A DNA stretch of 55,076 bases from Candidatus Bathyarchaeia archaeon (GCA_050012755.1 JBEKGO010000012.1:1-55076), one strand, 5' to 3'. Positions 29,720 through 39,037 are shown, counted from the first letter of the stretch. Numbers and translations: made by a program. Notes: generated from the sequence alone by a model not told the origin.

Positions 29720-31381
29720 TTGATCGATGCACTTCAGGCGCTGTCAGTCATCTTTATACTTGGAATAACGGTACTGTTAGCTTGGCTAATAGCACCATAC
29801 ATTACTGGAGTCTTTAGGCGTAAACCAAGCCGTTTAGACAAGATATTCAACCCAATCGAAAACTTCATCTACAAAATCACAGGGGTAAACTCAGAACAGA
29901 CGATGGGTTGGAAGCAGTACTTCCTTTCAGGTTTACTACTAAATGTTGTTATGATGGTTATTGGCTTTCTAATCCTTGTCTTCCAAGGCAATTTGCCGCT
30001 TAACCCCATGAGATTCGCTGGCGTCAGACCGGACCTCGCTTTTAATACTGTGGCATCATTTGTGACAAACACAAACCTTCAGCACTATAGTGGCGAAATC
30101 ACTTTGTCGTATCTTAGCCAGATCGGTGTTATACAGTGGCTTCAATTCACATCCGCAACGACAGGATTATGCATGGGCATAGCATTTATTCGAGGATTAA
30201 TAGTTGGCTCCAAAGATATGGGCAACTTCTACACTGACTTCACCAGATCCCTCACAAGAATTTTTCTACCACTCTGCATCATAGCATCAATCATATTTCT
30301 CGCATTAGGTGTGCCTCAAACCCTCAATGGTTATACAACAGTAAAAACCATAGAGGGAGCATCACAATCAATTCTAGTCGGGCCAGTAGCTTCTCTTGAT
30401 TCCATTATGCAAATAGGTACCAACGGCGGCGGATTTTACGGTGCAAACGCTGCCTACCCGTTCATGAATCCTTCGCCGATAAGCAACATTCTCATGATCT
30501 CTCTCATGCTTCTGTTGCCCACTGCGTTAATTTTTGTGTTTGGACAAATGATTGGCAAAAAAAGAGAATCAAGACCACTTCTATGGGGCGCTTACATCCT
30601 TTTTGGACTTAATCTGGTCATTGCGTTTATTCCTACCCTTCCTTTGATAGCTCCATTCATAGAAGTCAGATTCGGCGGTTTCATGAGTAGTTTCTACACT
30701 GTTACAACAACGGTCGCCACAACAGGCTCGGTGAACTCGGGTTTAATTGGAAACCATCCTCTTACAATACTTTCTGGATTCTTAGGAATGTTCATTCAAT
30801 CAATCCCAGGCGGAAAAGGTGTGGGTATGATGTACATGATTATGTACATTATAATAACAGTCTTCATAGTCGGACTGATGTCGGGAAGAACCCCTGAATA
30901 CTTGGGCATGAAAATAACAGGGCGCGACGTTAAACTCGTGATGGTTGCTTTCCTCATTCATCCGCTCATCATACTTATTCCTACAGTAGTAGCGTACGCG
31001 TCAGGGGCAGTCTCGGCAATAGGGGTGGGTGGAAACTCTGTTGGTTACACGCAGATTCTCTGGGAATTTACCAGTTCTGCCGCGAACAACGGTTCTGACT
31101 TCTTAGGTGCCTCAGGAAACACGCCGTTCTTCAACATAGCAACCGCAATCGTCATTCTCATTGGACGTTATGCTCCAATTGCAATATTATTGGCGCTTTC
31201 AGGTTCAATGATTGGCAGAAAACGCGGCGGAACAACCTCGGGTCTAAAAACTGACACGCTAATATTCACGCTAGTATTGGTTGCTAGCATCATTATACTG
31301 GTAGTGTTGACTTTCTTCCCATTCTTGGCAATTGGACCATTAGCTTCATTCTTTAAAGGAGCGGTGAACGGTCTTGGCTAA
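29720..31381 (+). CDS. kdpA: K+-transporting ATPase subunit A
   Basis: Filter motifs TNTNLQHYSGE, GTNGGGF, TTGSVN and NNGS; GLMSGRTPEYLG. Confidence 0.96.
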   Translation: MIDALQALSVIFILGITVLLAWLIAPYITGVFRRKPSRLDKIFNPIENFIYKITGVNSEQTMGWKQYFLSGLLLNVVMMVIGFLILVFQGNLPLNPMRFAGVRPDLAFNTVASFVTNTNLQHYSGEITLSYLSQIGVIQWLQFTSATTGLCMGIAFIRGLIVGSKDMGNFYTDFTRSLTRIFLPLCIIASIIFLALGVPQTLNGYTTVKTIEGASQSILVGPVASLDSIMQIGTNGGGFYGANAAYPFMNPSPISNILMISLMLLLPTALIFVFGQMIGKKRESRPLLWGAYILFGLNLVIAFIPTLPLIAPFIEVRFGGFMSSFYTVTTTVATTGSVNSGLIGNHPLTILSGFLGMFIQSIPGGKGVGMMYMIMYIIITVFIVGLMSGRTPEYLGMKITGRDVKLVMVAFLIHPLIILIPTVVAYASGAVSAIGVGGNSVGYTQILWEFTSSAANNGSDFLGASGNTPFFNIATAIVILIGRYAPIAILLALSGSMIGRKRGGTTSGLKTDTLIFTLVLVASIIILVVLTFFPFLAIGPLASFFKGAVNGLG

Positions 31382-33551
31382 TCAACTTATAGACTCAAAG
31401 AAAAGCTCAGAATCAGCACCCACTGGACTACGTACAGTCTTCTCTAGGAAAGTGCTAGTTGACTCAGTAGTTCGATTAAATCCCAAATCTTTACTTAAAA
31501 ACCCAGTAATGCTGATCGTTGAACTTACCTTCTTCATTGTGGCAGCAATGGCTATTGTTCCACAAGCATTTGTGCCAGTATCCAGCCCCAGTTTACAAGT
31601 TTTCTATATTGAGGTCGCCGCCATCCTCCTCATTACAGTCTGGTTTAGCACACTCTCGGATGCGCTTGCTGAGCAACAAGCAAAAAGCACTGCCGGAAGC
31701 CTCAGGAAAATGGAAACAGAAGTAGCAAGCAAGAAAATCATCACTGAAGGCTGGACGAGAAAGATAGTGGCTGTGAAATCAACTGAACTTAGAAAAGATG
31801 ACCTTGTCCAAATTGAAGCAGGCGACATTGTTCCCTTAGACGCTGACGTAATCGAAGGAATAGCAATGGTAGACGAGTCCCTTGTCACAGGTGAATCAGC
31901 CCCAGTCAGAAAGGCGCCTGGAGACTCCCTAATCGGGGGCTCACGTCTTGCCAGCGATACCTTGACAGCGAAGATTACAACTAACCCCGGAGAAACCTTC
32001 ATTGACCAAATGATCAAGATGGTAGAGTCCTCCAAGCGGCCAAAGACTCCCAACGAAGTAGCGATAACCATGGTCTTGATTGGCTTAACAGCCATATTCA
32101 CTATAATTATACTTGCATTGCTAGGCACATCAGTTACACTTGGCCTTGGAGCAGATTTGTCAGTGTTGATCGCGTTATACGTTTGCCTGCTTCCCACAAC
32201 AATAGGCGCATTGCTACCTGCCATCGGCCTCTCAGGCATAACCCGACTATACAAAAACAAAATCGTAGCAAAATCAGGCAGAGCCATAGAAACCGCAGGA
32301 GACACAGACGTGGTACTCTTAGATAAGACTGGCACAATTACAGTGGGTAATCGGCAAGCCATAGAGTTCATCTCTTTTGAAGGCTACACTGAAGAAGACG
32401 TCGGTGAAGCTGCATTCCTTTCTTCTTGGCATGATGATACACCTGAAGGACGAAGCATACTGAGACTTGCCTACGAAAAAGGGTTCGTACCAAAAGAACT
32501 AAACTCCCTTGCAACTTCAGAAGTTTTTCCATTCTCTGCTAGTACTCGAACAAGCGGAGTCAAGGTAACAACTCAATCAAATTTAGCGCTTCCAAAAGGA
32601 GGCAAAGCCATTTTCCAAAGGCAGAGAATGAGGAGAAAAACCTCCTCACTATCTAGTGAGTCGATGGCTTCAACTTTTCAACCTCAGATCAATGTTCTCA
32701 AAGGTGCTCCAGAGTCAATAAAAAAATTGTCATCTTCAGCTCCCAAAAACTATGACCTAATAGTCGAAGGCATTTCTTCAGTAGGAGAAACCCCGATAGC
32801 AATTTCAGTAAATGACAAAGCCATCGGAATTATTAGACTGAAAGATGTCCTCAAAGAAGGCATAAAGGAAAAGATACAAGCGCTTAAGGTCATGGGAATC
32901 CGTCCCGTCATGATTACAGGGGACCAACCGCTTACTGCAAAAAGCATAGCTTCGGAAGTTGGAATTGAAGAATTTGTTGCACAAGCTAAACCTGAAGACA
33001 AATACAAGATAGCTAAGAAAGAGCAGGCTGAAAACAGAATCGTAGCCATGATCGGCGACGGAACAAACGACGCACCAGCACTTTCTGCTGCTGATGTTGG
33101 GTTAGCCATGAACTCTGGCACTGAAGCCGCAAAAGAAGCCGCCAACATGGTGGATTTGGAATCAAACCCGGCGAAAATAATTGACGTTGTTATGTTGGGC
33201 AAGCAACTGCTGATGACTAGAGGTGCAGTCACAGCCTTCAGCATCGCCAACGATGTATCAAAATACTTCGCAATTATGCCAGTAATCTTTTCAGTGGCTA
33301 TTCCACAACTAAGCAGTCTGAACATCTTACACTTGGGGCTTAAGAGCGCCGTGTTGTCTGCTCTGATCTTTAACGCGATAATTATTCCGCTTCTGATTCC
33401 CCTCGCTATGCGCGGCATCGCCTTCAAACCCACAAGCACAATGACGCTCTTCCTCAAGAACACTTTAATTTACGGAGTGGGCGGAATTATCGTGCCCTTT
33501 ATCGGAATCAAACTAATTGACATGTTACTTGTCTATCTATTCCATATTTAG
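31374..33551 (+). CDS. kdpB: K+-transporting P-type ATPase subunit B
   Basis: TGES, CLLPTTIG, DKTGT, MITGD, GDGTNDAPAL, FSIANDVSKYF. Confidence 0.98.
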   Translation: MANQLIDSKKSSESAPTGLRTVFSRKVLVDSVVRLNPKSLLKNPVMLIVELTFFIVAAMAIVPQAFVPVSSPSLQVFYIEVAAILLITVWFSTLSDALAEQQAKSTAGSLRKMETEVASKKIITEGWTRKIVAVKSTELRKDDLVQIEAGDIVPLDADVIEGIAMVDESLVTGESAPVRKAPGDSLIGGSRLASDTLTAKITTNPGETFIDQMIKMVESSKRPKTPNEVAITMVLIGLTAIFTIIILALLGTSVTLGLGADLSVLIALYVCLLPTTIGALLPAIGLSGITRLYKNKIVAKSGRAIETAGDTDVVLLDKTGTITVGNRQAIEFISFEGYTEEDVGEAAFLSSWHDDTPEGRSILRLAYEKGFVPKELNSLATSEVFPFSASTRTSGVKVTTQSNLALPKGGKAIFQRQRMRRKTSSLSSESMASTFQPQINVLKGAPESIKKLSSSAPKNYDLIVEGISSVGETPIAISVNDKAIGIIRLKDVLKEGIKEKIQALKVMGIRPVMITGDQPLTAKSIASEVGIEEFVAQAKPEDKYKIAKKEQAENRIVAMIGDGTNDAPALSAADVGLAMNSGTEAAKEAANMVDLESNPAKIIDVVMLGKQLLMTRGAVTAFSIANDVSKYFAIMPVIFSVAIPQLSSLNILHLGLKSAVLSALIFNAIIIPLLIPLAMRGIAFKPTSTMTLFLKNTLIYGVGGIIVPFIGIKLIDMLLVYLFHI

Positions 33552-33563
33552 GAAGGAAAATGT

Positions 33564-34028
33564 ATGACTGAACAAAAAGAGAAATGGAACTTCAAACCGA
33601 TTATAGGTTTAGCACTGGTTTCGCTGTTAATCTGCGGGCTATTTTACCCGTTTTTAGTCACAGGGATTGGCCAAGTTTTCTTTCCTAACCAAGCTAACGG
33701 CGACGTTGTCCAACTTAATGGGCAAGCGGTCGGATCAAGCCTGATAGCTCAAAGTTTTACCCTGCCTATTTTTTTCCGTACGAGAAACGAGACAGCTTCG
33801 CCTTCTGCATCAGGCGTTGACCCAGACATTACCCTGCAAGACGCTTATTCCCAGATTCCAGGAGTAAGTAACGCAACAGGTATTCCTTCGACTGCGTTAA
33901 CTGTCATCATTAACCAGAATGAAGAGGGAACATTTTGGATTTTTGGGAGCCCATACATAAATGTCTTGAGAGTCAATTTGCTGCTCATTAAGGATTATCC
34001 GTCTATATACAGTAATTTTACCGGCTGA
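33564..34028 (+). CDS. kdpC: K+-transporting ATPase subunit C (short form)
   Basis: YPFLVTGIGQVFFPNQANG, GSSLIAQSF, SASGVDPDI, INVLRVNL. Confidence 0.92.
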   Translation: MTEQKEKWNFKPIIGLALVSLLICGLFYPFLVTGIGQVFFPNQANGDVVQLNGQAVGSSLIAQSFTLPIFFRTRNETASPSASGVDPDITLQDAYSQIPGVSNATGIPSTALTVIINQNEEGTFWIFGSPYINVLRVNLLLIKDYPSIYSNFTG

Positions 34029-34196
34029 TGTTAGCGTTTGGTGGATAAAGTTTGGTTCACTGAGTGCTGGAGTAATAGCTCTAGCTATTTTTACAAATTT
34101 TCAATGTTAAACCCCATTTCTGTACGTTTGTAGGGCTAATGATGAAACTACTGTGCGCATTGCACAAAAAGTATAAATACGCGAAACTCATGTTCA

Positions 34197-34514
34197 ATGA
34201 GGAAAGAGACCCATATGCCAAAACTACTAGCATTTGTAGACATATTTGTAGAATCTCAAGAAATGGACGATGTTTTAGCCTCGCTCACCAAATTAGACCA
34301 TCTTGAAGAACTCTACGAAGTTACCGGAGAATTCGACATTGTAACTATGGTATCAGCCGCTGACATAGAAGAGTTTCGGGATATCCTAAAAAACAAAATC
34401 ATGAAAATAAAAGGTGTAAAAAGCACAGTTAGCTCTATCGTGCTTAAAGCTCATAAAGGGCCAAAATGTACTGATCAGGAAAACTTGTCTGCTTCGGCTC
34501 CTTCATCCGTTTGA
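34197..34514 (+). CDS. Stand-alone Lrp/AsnC ligand-binding domain protein, paralog of 29380-29667
   Basis: LYEVTGEFDIV and EEFRDIL...IMKIKGVKST; no HTH; own TATAAATA at 34172. Confidence 0.9.
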   Translation: MRKETHMPKLLAFVDIFVESQEMDDVLASLTKLDHLEELYEVTGEFDIVTMVSAADIEEFRDILKNKIMKIKGVKSTVSSIVLKAHKGPKCTDQENLSASAPSSV

Positions 34515-34744
34515 AAAGTGGCTTTTTTTGACTAGAAATATCTTATTGCAGCGACTGATTATCCAATTGTTGTGTTATTACTCTTAACAGTCTCTAAAAA
34601 ATCATTCAAGGAATCACCTTTTTCATTATTTAGACTTCTGCAAAAAAATCGTCAAGAGTCCCCATCTCAGCAATACCCCTTAAACTGAATTAATAAAGCA
34701 CAGAAAAGGAAACAAGATTTTGCTGAACAAAAAATCAGAAGGAG

Positions 34745-35062
34745 TGCAGGTTGAGTCTAAGCCTTAAGATGTTCGCGGCCCATTGAGGCTATGTCTTTGT
34801 CGTTGCACAGTCTTTCACCGTTTTGACCGTGCTGCTCATGGCCTCACTGCAACATATGGTGATGTTCAGCCCATCGAAGCATTGTCTTTGTCGCGTATCA
34901 ATTTTTCGCTGTTTCAATTGACACACTCATTGCCTCAATGCACTGCGTCCAATGTTCAGCCCATCGAAACAAAGTCTTTGTCGCGTATCAATTTTTCGCT
35001 GTTTCAATTGATACGCTCTTTGTCTCAATACATCGCTATTAAAGCGTGCTCCTCAACCTGCA
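34745..35062 (-). ncRNA. Putative structured non-coding RNA (~318 nt) with three repeated hairpin domains
   Basis: 11-bp terminal inverted repeat; three ~90-nt units with compensatory stem changes and conserved loops; TATA-like element about 25 nt upstream and U-tract downstream on the minus strand. Confidence 0.7.
34768..35036. repeat. Three tandem ~90-bp units (two near-identical, one diverged)
   Basis: GTCTTTGTCGCGTATCAATTTTTCGCTGTTTCAATTGA occurs twice, 90 nt apart. All three units share ATGTTC..GCCCAT and GTCTTTGTCG. Confidence 0.9.
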
Positions 35063-35384
35063 ACACTATAACTGTGCTTGCTAAAATATAACAAATTGTA
35101 TACAAAAAATCGGCAATTAAACTCGTTTTTTGTCTTGTAAAGACCTTCTTTCTAACCAACTGGGTTTGTCCCAGCTAAATTAGTTCCAAGAGTTTTTTAT
35201 GGTGGAATTAGCTTTTGACATAAACTTGTCAATTTGACATGAATGACGCAATTTATCTGAAAACAGGGTTAACCGACGGCAACATACGGTCGGTGGTTAA
35301 TTGAATTATCATGAAGTGTAAATTGCCATACCTTTTTTTATAACTCTGCTGGTGGGCTCATCTTATAGCCACATCAAACTTTGA

Positions 35385-35795
35385 TTATTCAAATCTTAAG
35401 ACCACTGCAACCTTCTTTTTGGCTAAATCATCAACTATTCGGATCCAGGCGTCAGGAATTTCCCTTTCCTCTTCTTCTGTGAGTTTCCTGACAAGCAAAT
35501 TATTCTGAACGAAAAAAGAATGCTTGCATGACTCACAATTCAAATATGGAAAAACGCCATCTAATGGTTTGCTTATAGCTTGTTTGGCACCACAATACGG
35601 GCATACCCGAATCATATGTTTTTGAGTGTGATTTGCCGAATCTGATTTAACCTCAATATTTCTTTCAAGCTCATCCCAAGATGAGTACATTCGGTGTAAG
35701 GGGGAATTTCCTGCAGACCATAATTCCTTAAAAATGCTCAAGGCTTCTTTTCGCTCATGCTCTTTACTATTTGGACAATCGTTTTGATCGCCCAC
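35385..35795 (-). CDS. Hypothetical zinc-ribbon protein
   Basis: CPYC...CESC pair. Confidence 0.7.
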   Translation of the reverse strand: MGDQNDCPNSKEHERKEALSIFKELWSAGNSPLHRMYSSWDELERNIEVKSDSANHTQKHMIRVCPYCGAKQAISKPLDGVFPYLNCESCKHSFFVQNNLLVRKLTEEEEREIPDAWIRIVDDLAKKKVAVVLRFE

Positions 35796-36143
35796 AACAA
35801 CGCCCCAGATTACTAAAAGAAGTATTCGACAGAGTTAATAACGTTTTTTGAACTTCAAGAACTACCGGCTAACAATTAGAAAAGACTAAACTGTAATTTA
35901 ATCCAACCAACCTTGTCGAATTTGCATGAATTTGGGAAAAACAGGGTTGGTTTAGGTGTATAGAACGTTCAGGGCATACTGCAAGTTTAAGAAATATTCA
36001 AGACGAAGAGTACAGGTAGATTTCAGTTCACAAATTAAGTAGTTCAAAGTATATCTCTTCCCGAAAAAGCATATGTTCTTTGATTGTCAGAAAACAGTAT
36101 CAAAGCAGGAAATGGGTATAGTTTAAAACGAGTATTTTGACTT

Positions 36144-36554
36144 TCAAGTTAGCGTTGGGATATTCTTTGCACCGCGAACCAACGCATTCGCGCAAAGTCT
36201 CGTGAAATCATAAAGGTCGTCAATAGGAATTCCAATGCCCGCTGCCGCTCTACCATATAACGCTCTAACTTCATCTTCAAACTCCGGGCTGTAACGCTGC
36301 AGAACAAAGTAGATTCTTAAGTTACTGATTGGTTCCATCATTATCGCCCAATCAGTTGCCGAATCAATAGTAAGGTCAACAAGTTTTCCACCAACTAATG
36401 ATGCTATCTTTTCAGCCATCAATTTGTTCACAAGTCTCAAATCTTTCGTGCGAATGGCCATCTCTCTTTTATGCATACTATCGATCGCAAAACAGCTTTC
36501 ACCATACCCCATTTCTTTCAGTGAAAGGACTTGTGATAACTCTATTTTTTCCAT
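36144..36554 (-). CDS. Hypothetical protein (136 aa)
   Basis: ORF with GAGG RBS; no confident family. Confidence 0.7.
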   Translation of the reverse strand: MEKIELSQVLSLKEMGYGESCFAIDSMHKREMAIRTKDLRLVNKLMAEKIASLVGGKLVDLTIDSATDWAIMMEPISNLRIYFVLQRYSPEFEDEVRALYGRAAAGIGIPIDDLYDFTRLCANALVRGAKNIPTLT

Positions 36555-36690
36555 GCAAGAACCTCAATTAAAATAGCACTGAAGACGCATAATTAAATTC
36601 ATCTATTAGTGGAATTTCAGTAAATTCTAGTCCCCAAACCCAAGTCAACACTGACGACTGCCTTTCAAGTCAAAGCTATTTTTGAGAGGC

Positions 36691-36746
36691 TTAGTCAAGA
36701 AACTTTGACTAAATGCAGGAGTACTTAGTCAAGAAACCTTGACGAA
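36691..36746. promoter_or_regulatory. Tandem palindromic operator pair TTAGTCAA-N6-TTGAC(T/G)AA
   Basis: 36691-36712 has perfect 8-bp arms; 36725-36746 has one mismatch and runs into the BRE/TATA-like GAAAAAGCTTTTAC. Confidence 0.7.
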
Positions 36747-36838
36747 AAAGCTTTTACAAGTTGCTAAACAAGAAATGCAAAAAGAGAATTAAAAGGAACA
36801 GTAGACCACGTGACAAAAAACCACCATAGGGCGACATA

Positions 36839-38134
36839 ATGTTAGTACAACAGGTCGAATCAATAGAGAAAAGAATTGACACTAACTTCATCTACCCTCA
36901 ATATAACAAGAACGGTATCTCAGAAATACCAAACACGATTCTAAGCTTATTTGACGCAAAAAACGAAAAGACAAAGTCGTGCCTTCAAAACTCAATTATG
37001 ATAGGCAGTCCTGAAAGAATAAACAAAGTTGTGCTTCTAGTCATCGACGGTTTCGGTTTCAACCAATTCCTGAACCACCTTAAAGAAAACCGATTCTTAA
37101 CCAATCTTACCAATAGAGGAGAAGCATATCCCTTAACGAGCGTTTTTCCGTCTCAGACAACCAATGCACTGACAACTCTAAACACAGGCTTGACCCCTCA
37201 AGAACATGGGCTCTTTGAGTACTTCATTTACCTAAAAGATATCGGTCTAGTTAACGCATTGCGATTTGAGCGCATGGGTTCCAAACGCCAAAATGAACTC
37301 GTAGACGAAGGATTTGACCCAAATATCCTTCTGTTTAAAGGTAAAACCATCCATAACACACTAAGACAAGAAGGAATCAACACCTTCACACACATTCACT
37401 CATCAAATGCTTTCAACGCCTGTTCAAACTTAATTTTCCAAGGAAGCAAAATAATTCCAGCCGTGAAATCATCTGATTTAATTGTTAGCCTTAGAAAAAA
37501 CATAGAGGAAAACAGTGGCAAGAGCGCCTACTTTTTTGCGCATCTAGACACTCTGGACACGATTTCACATGAATACGGACCAGAAAGTTACGAGTATTCT
37601 GCAGAATTATCAATGATAACTTATCTATTAAAGAGGGAATTAGTGCAAAAAATAGAATCCAAAACCGCAAAAGAAACGCTGCTTCTGGTGACCGCTGACC
37701 ATGGGAGTATTAAGGTTGACCCCAAAGAAACAACTTATCTCAATTGTTTACCCAAAACAATACTGAATTTGAAAGTTGGAAAAAACCGAAAACCAATTTT
37801 ACCCTTAGGTGGCCCCCGAGAAGTTTTTCTGCATATTAAGGAAGAAAAGCTAATTGAGACCAAGGAATGGTTATCACAAAGAATTGGTAACAAAGCTCAA
37901 ATTATTGAAACCAAGGAAGCAGCAGAAAAAGGTTTGTTTGGTTTGGGCGTTGCAAACAAAGAGGTTTTTGAAAGAACAGGGAACTTGATGATTTTGCCAT
38001 ATGGAAATGAAACAGTATGGTTTGAGAACTCTGAGAACAGAAAAATTAGTTTTCTTGGTCAGCATGGAGGGCTAAATGAGCAGGAAATGGTGGTTCCATT
38101 TGCAATGGCTAGGCTCAGCAGTCTAAAAGAATAG
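36839..38134 (+). CDS. Alkaline-phosphatase-superfamily nucleotide pyrophosphatase/phosphodiesterase
   Basis: LLVIDGFG, SVFPSQT (Thr nucleophile), DTISHEYGP, TADHG, GQHGG. Confidence 0.9.
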   Translation: MLVQQVESIEKRIDTNFIYPQYNKNGISEIPNTILSLFDAKNEKTKSCLQNSIMIGSPERINKVVLLVIDGFGFNQFLNHLKENRFLTNLTNRGEAYPLTSVFPSQTTNALTTLNTGLTPQEHGLFEYFIYLKDIGLVNALRFERMGSKRQNELVDEGFDPNILLFKGKTIHNTLRQEGINTFTHIHSSNAFNACSNLIFQGSKIIPAVKSSDLIVSLRKNIEENSGKSAYFFAHLDTLDTISHEYGPESYEYSAELSMITYLLKRELVQKIESKTAKETLLLVTADHGSIKVDPKETTYLNCLPKTILNLKVGKNRKPILPLGGPREVFLHIKEEKLIETKEWLSQRIGNKAQIIETKEAAEKGLFGLGVANKEVFERTGNLMILPYGNETVWFENSENRKISFLGQHGGLNEQEMVVPFAMARLSSLKE

Positions 38135-38266
38135 AAAAAACAAGAAATTGCAATGGAGAAGTTTTGGGTTTTGGACCAGATTTAATCTCAAACCCAAACG
38201 CAAATGAGACTGCAATTGAAAAACAAAAAAATGGTTTGGTAGTTTTTGTCGCGATTAGCTAGGAAG

Positions 38267-38500
38267 CTACATTGGTGACAGGACAATGGAAGTTTCTGTT
38301 CGGATGACGTTGGGATCCTTTTCGATTATTTTGTAAACCACTTTGTTTATGTCTTCGAGGGCTGGTGCTTCTAATGTTACGATTGCGTCATACCTACCAA
38401 ATATAGCATCGGCTACAACGGTCTCTTTGACTTCTTTTAATCTTTTAACGACGTCTAATGATGTGCCTGGTTTTGTGCTTAAGAGTATGTAAGCTTTCAA
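38267..38500 (-). CDS. Stand-alone Lrp/AsnC ligand-binding domain protein
   Basis: KAYILL..KPG, IFGRYDAIV, VIRTETSIV. TTG at 38500 after GAGGT preferred over 38575. Confidence 0.88.
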   Translation of the reverse strand: MKAYILLSTKPGTSLDVVKRLKEVKETVVADAIFGRYDAIVTLEAPALEDINKVVYKIIEKDPNVIRTETSIVLSPM

Positions 38501-38596
38501 TTTTTTTACCTCATTCTTTTTCTTTGGTTTATGAAGAATATTACTCGTCTTACAATATAAGTCTTGTTTAGACATGCGTTTAACTTTTATGAAATA

Positions 38597-38613
38597 TTAT
38601 GAACAAATCATAA
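38597..38613 (+). promoter_or_regulatory. Palindrome TTATGA-acaaa-TCATAA, 5 nt upstream of TTTATA
   Basis: Perfect 6-bp arms; same geometry as the sites at 27394 and 29206. Confidence 0.7.
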
Positions 38614-38668
38614 CCAGATTTATATTCAGCTGGGCAACTAACTAAACATAAAAGAAAATAGTGAAAAT

Positions 38669-38767
38669 ATGTTCGGAATAATCGATATAGCCTCAATAGC
38701 TGCAATAGTTGGTTCATTCGCCTATGTCATTTACAGCATCAGGGTAGAGCTAAAAACCAAAGTGTAA
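38669..38767 (+). CDS. 32-aa single-TM microprotein, KdpF-like (MFGIIDIASIAAIVGSFAYVIYSIRVELKTKV)
   Basis: Manual translation; one TM helix with YxxY then E; own TATA box with the operator shared with kdp. Confidence 0.6.
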   Translation: MFGIIDIASIAAIVGSFAYVIYSIRVELKTKV

Positions 38768-38958
38768 TGCACAGAACTTCATCAATTAAGCCTTCACATT
38801 CACATGCTATGATTACTCCAAACACTTTCTTAATTGTGAGCAGCCACAGAGGCAACGCGCCCCCTGGAATTTATCCATAACTTAATTCTTCTTAATTCCT
38901 TTACAACGATTTTTTGAGGAATTGGTCAGTATCAAAGTTAGGGGCTTAGAAGGATTGA

Positions 38959-39037
38959 TGGTGAGGCCGCTGGGATTTGAACCCAGGATCGCATACGCCC
39001 CAGGCATGTATCCTGAACCATGCTAGACGACGGCCCC
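38959..39037 (-). tRNA. tRNA-Pro(GGG), CCA encoded
   Basis: Acceptor GGGGCCG/CGGCCTC, anticodon arm CATGC-CTGGGGC-GTATG, T-loop TTCAAAT. Confidence 0.95.

Noticed and set aside
28410-33463. Long antisense ORFs (232, 255, 237 aa) inside the APC permease and kdpB
   Set aside because: Fully nested opposite well-conserved genes; typical shadow frames.
34745-35062. SRP RNA, RNase P RNA, H/ACA guide or CRISPR array as identity of the repeat element
   Set aside because: No SRP helix-8 motif or RNase P P4 consensus. ACA follows each hairpin but there is no bipartite pocket 14-16 nt upstream. There are no unique spacers or cas genes.
34783-35091. 102-aa plus-strand ORF with an internal repeat
   Set aside because: No RBS; variation between repeats preserves base pairing rather than codons, so it is better explained as the antisense shadow of a structured RNA.
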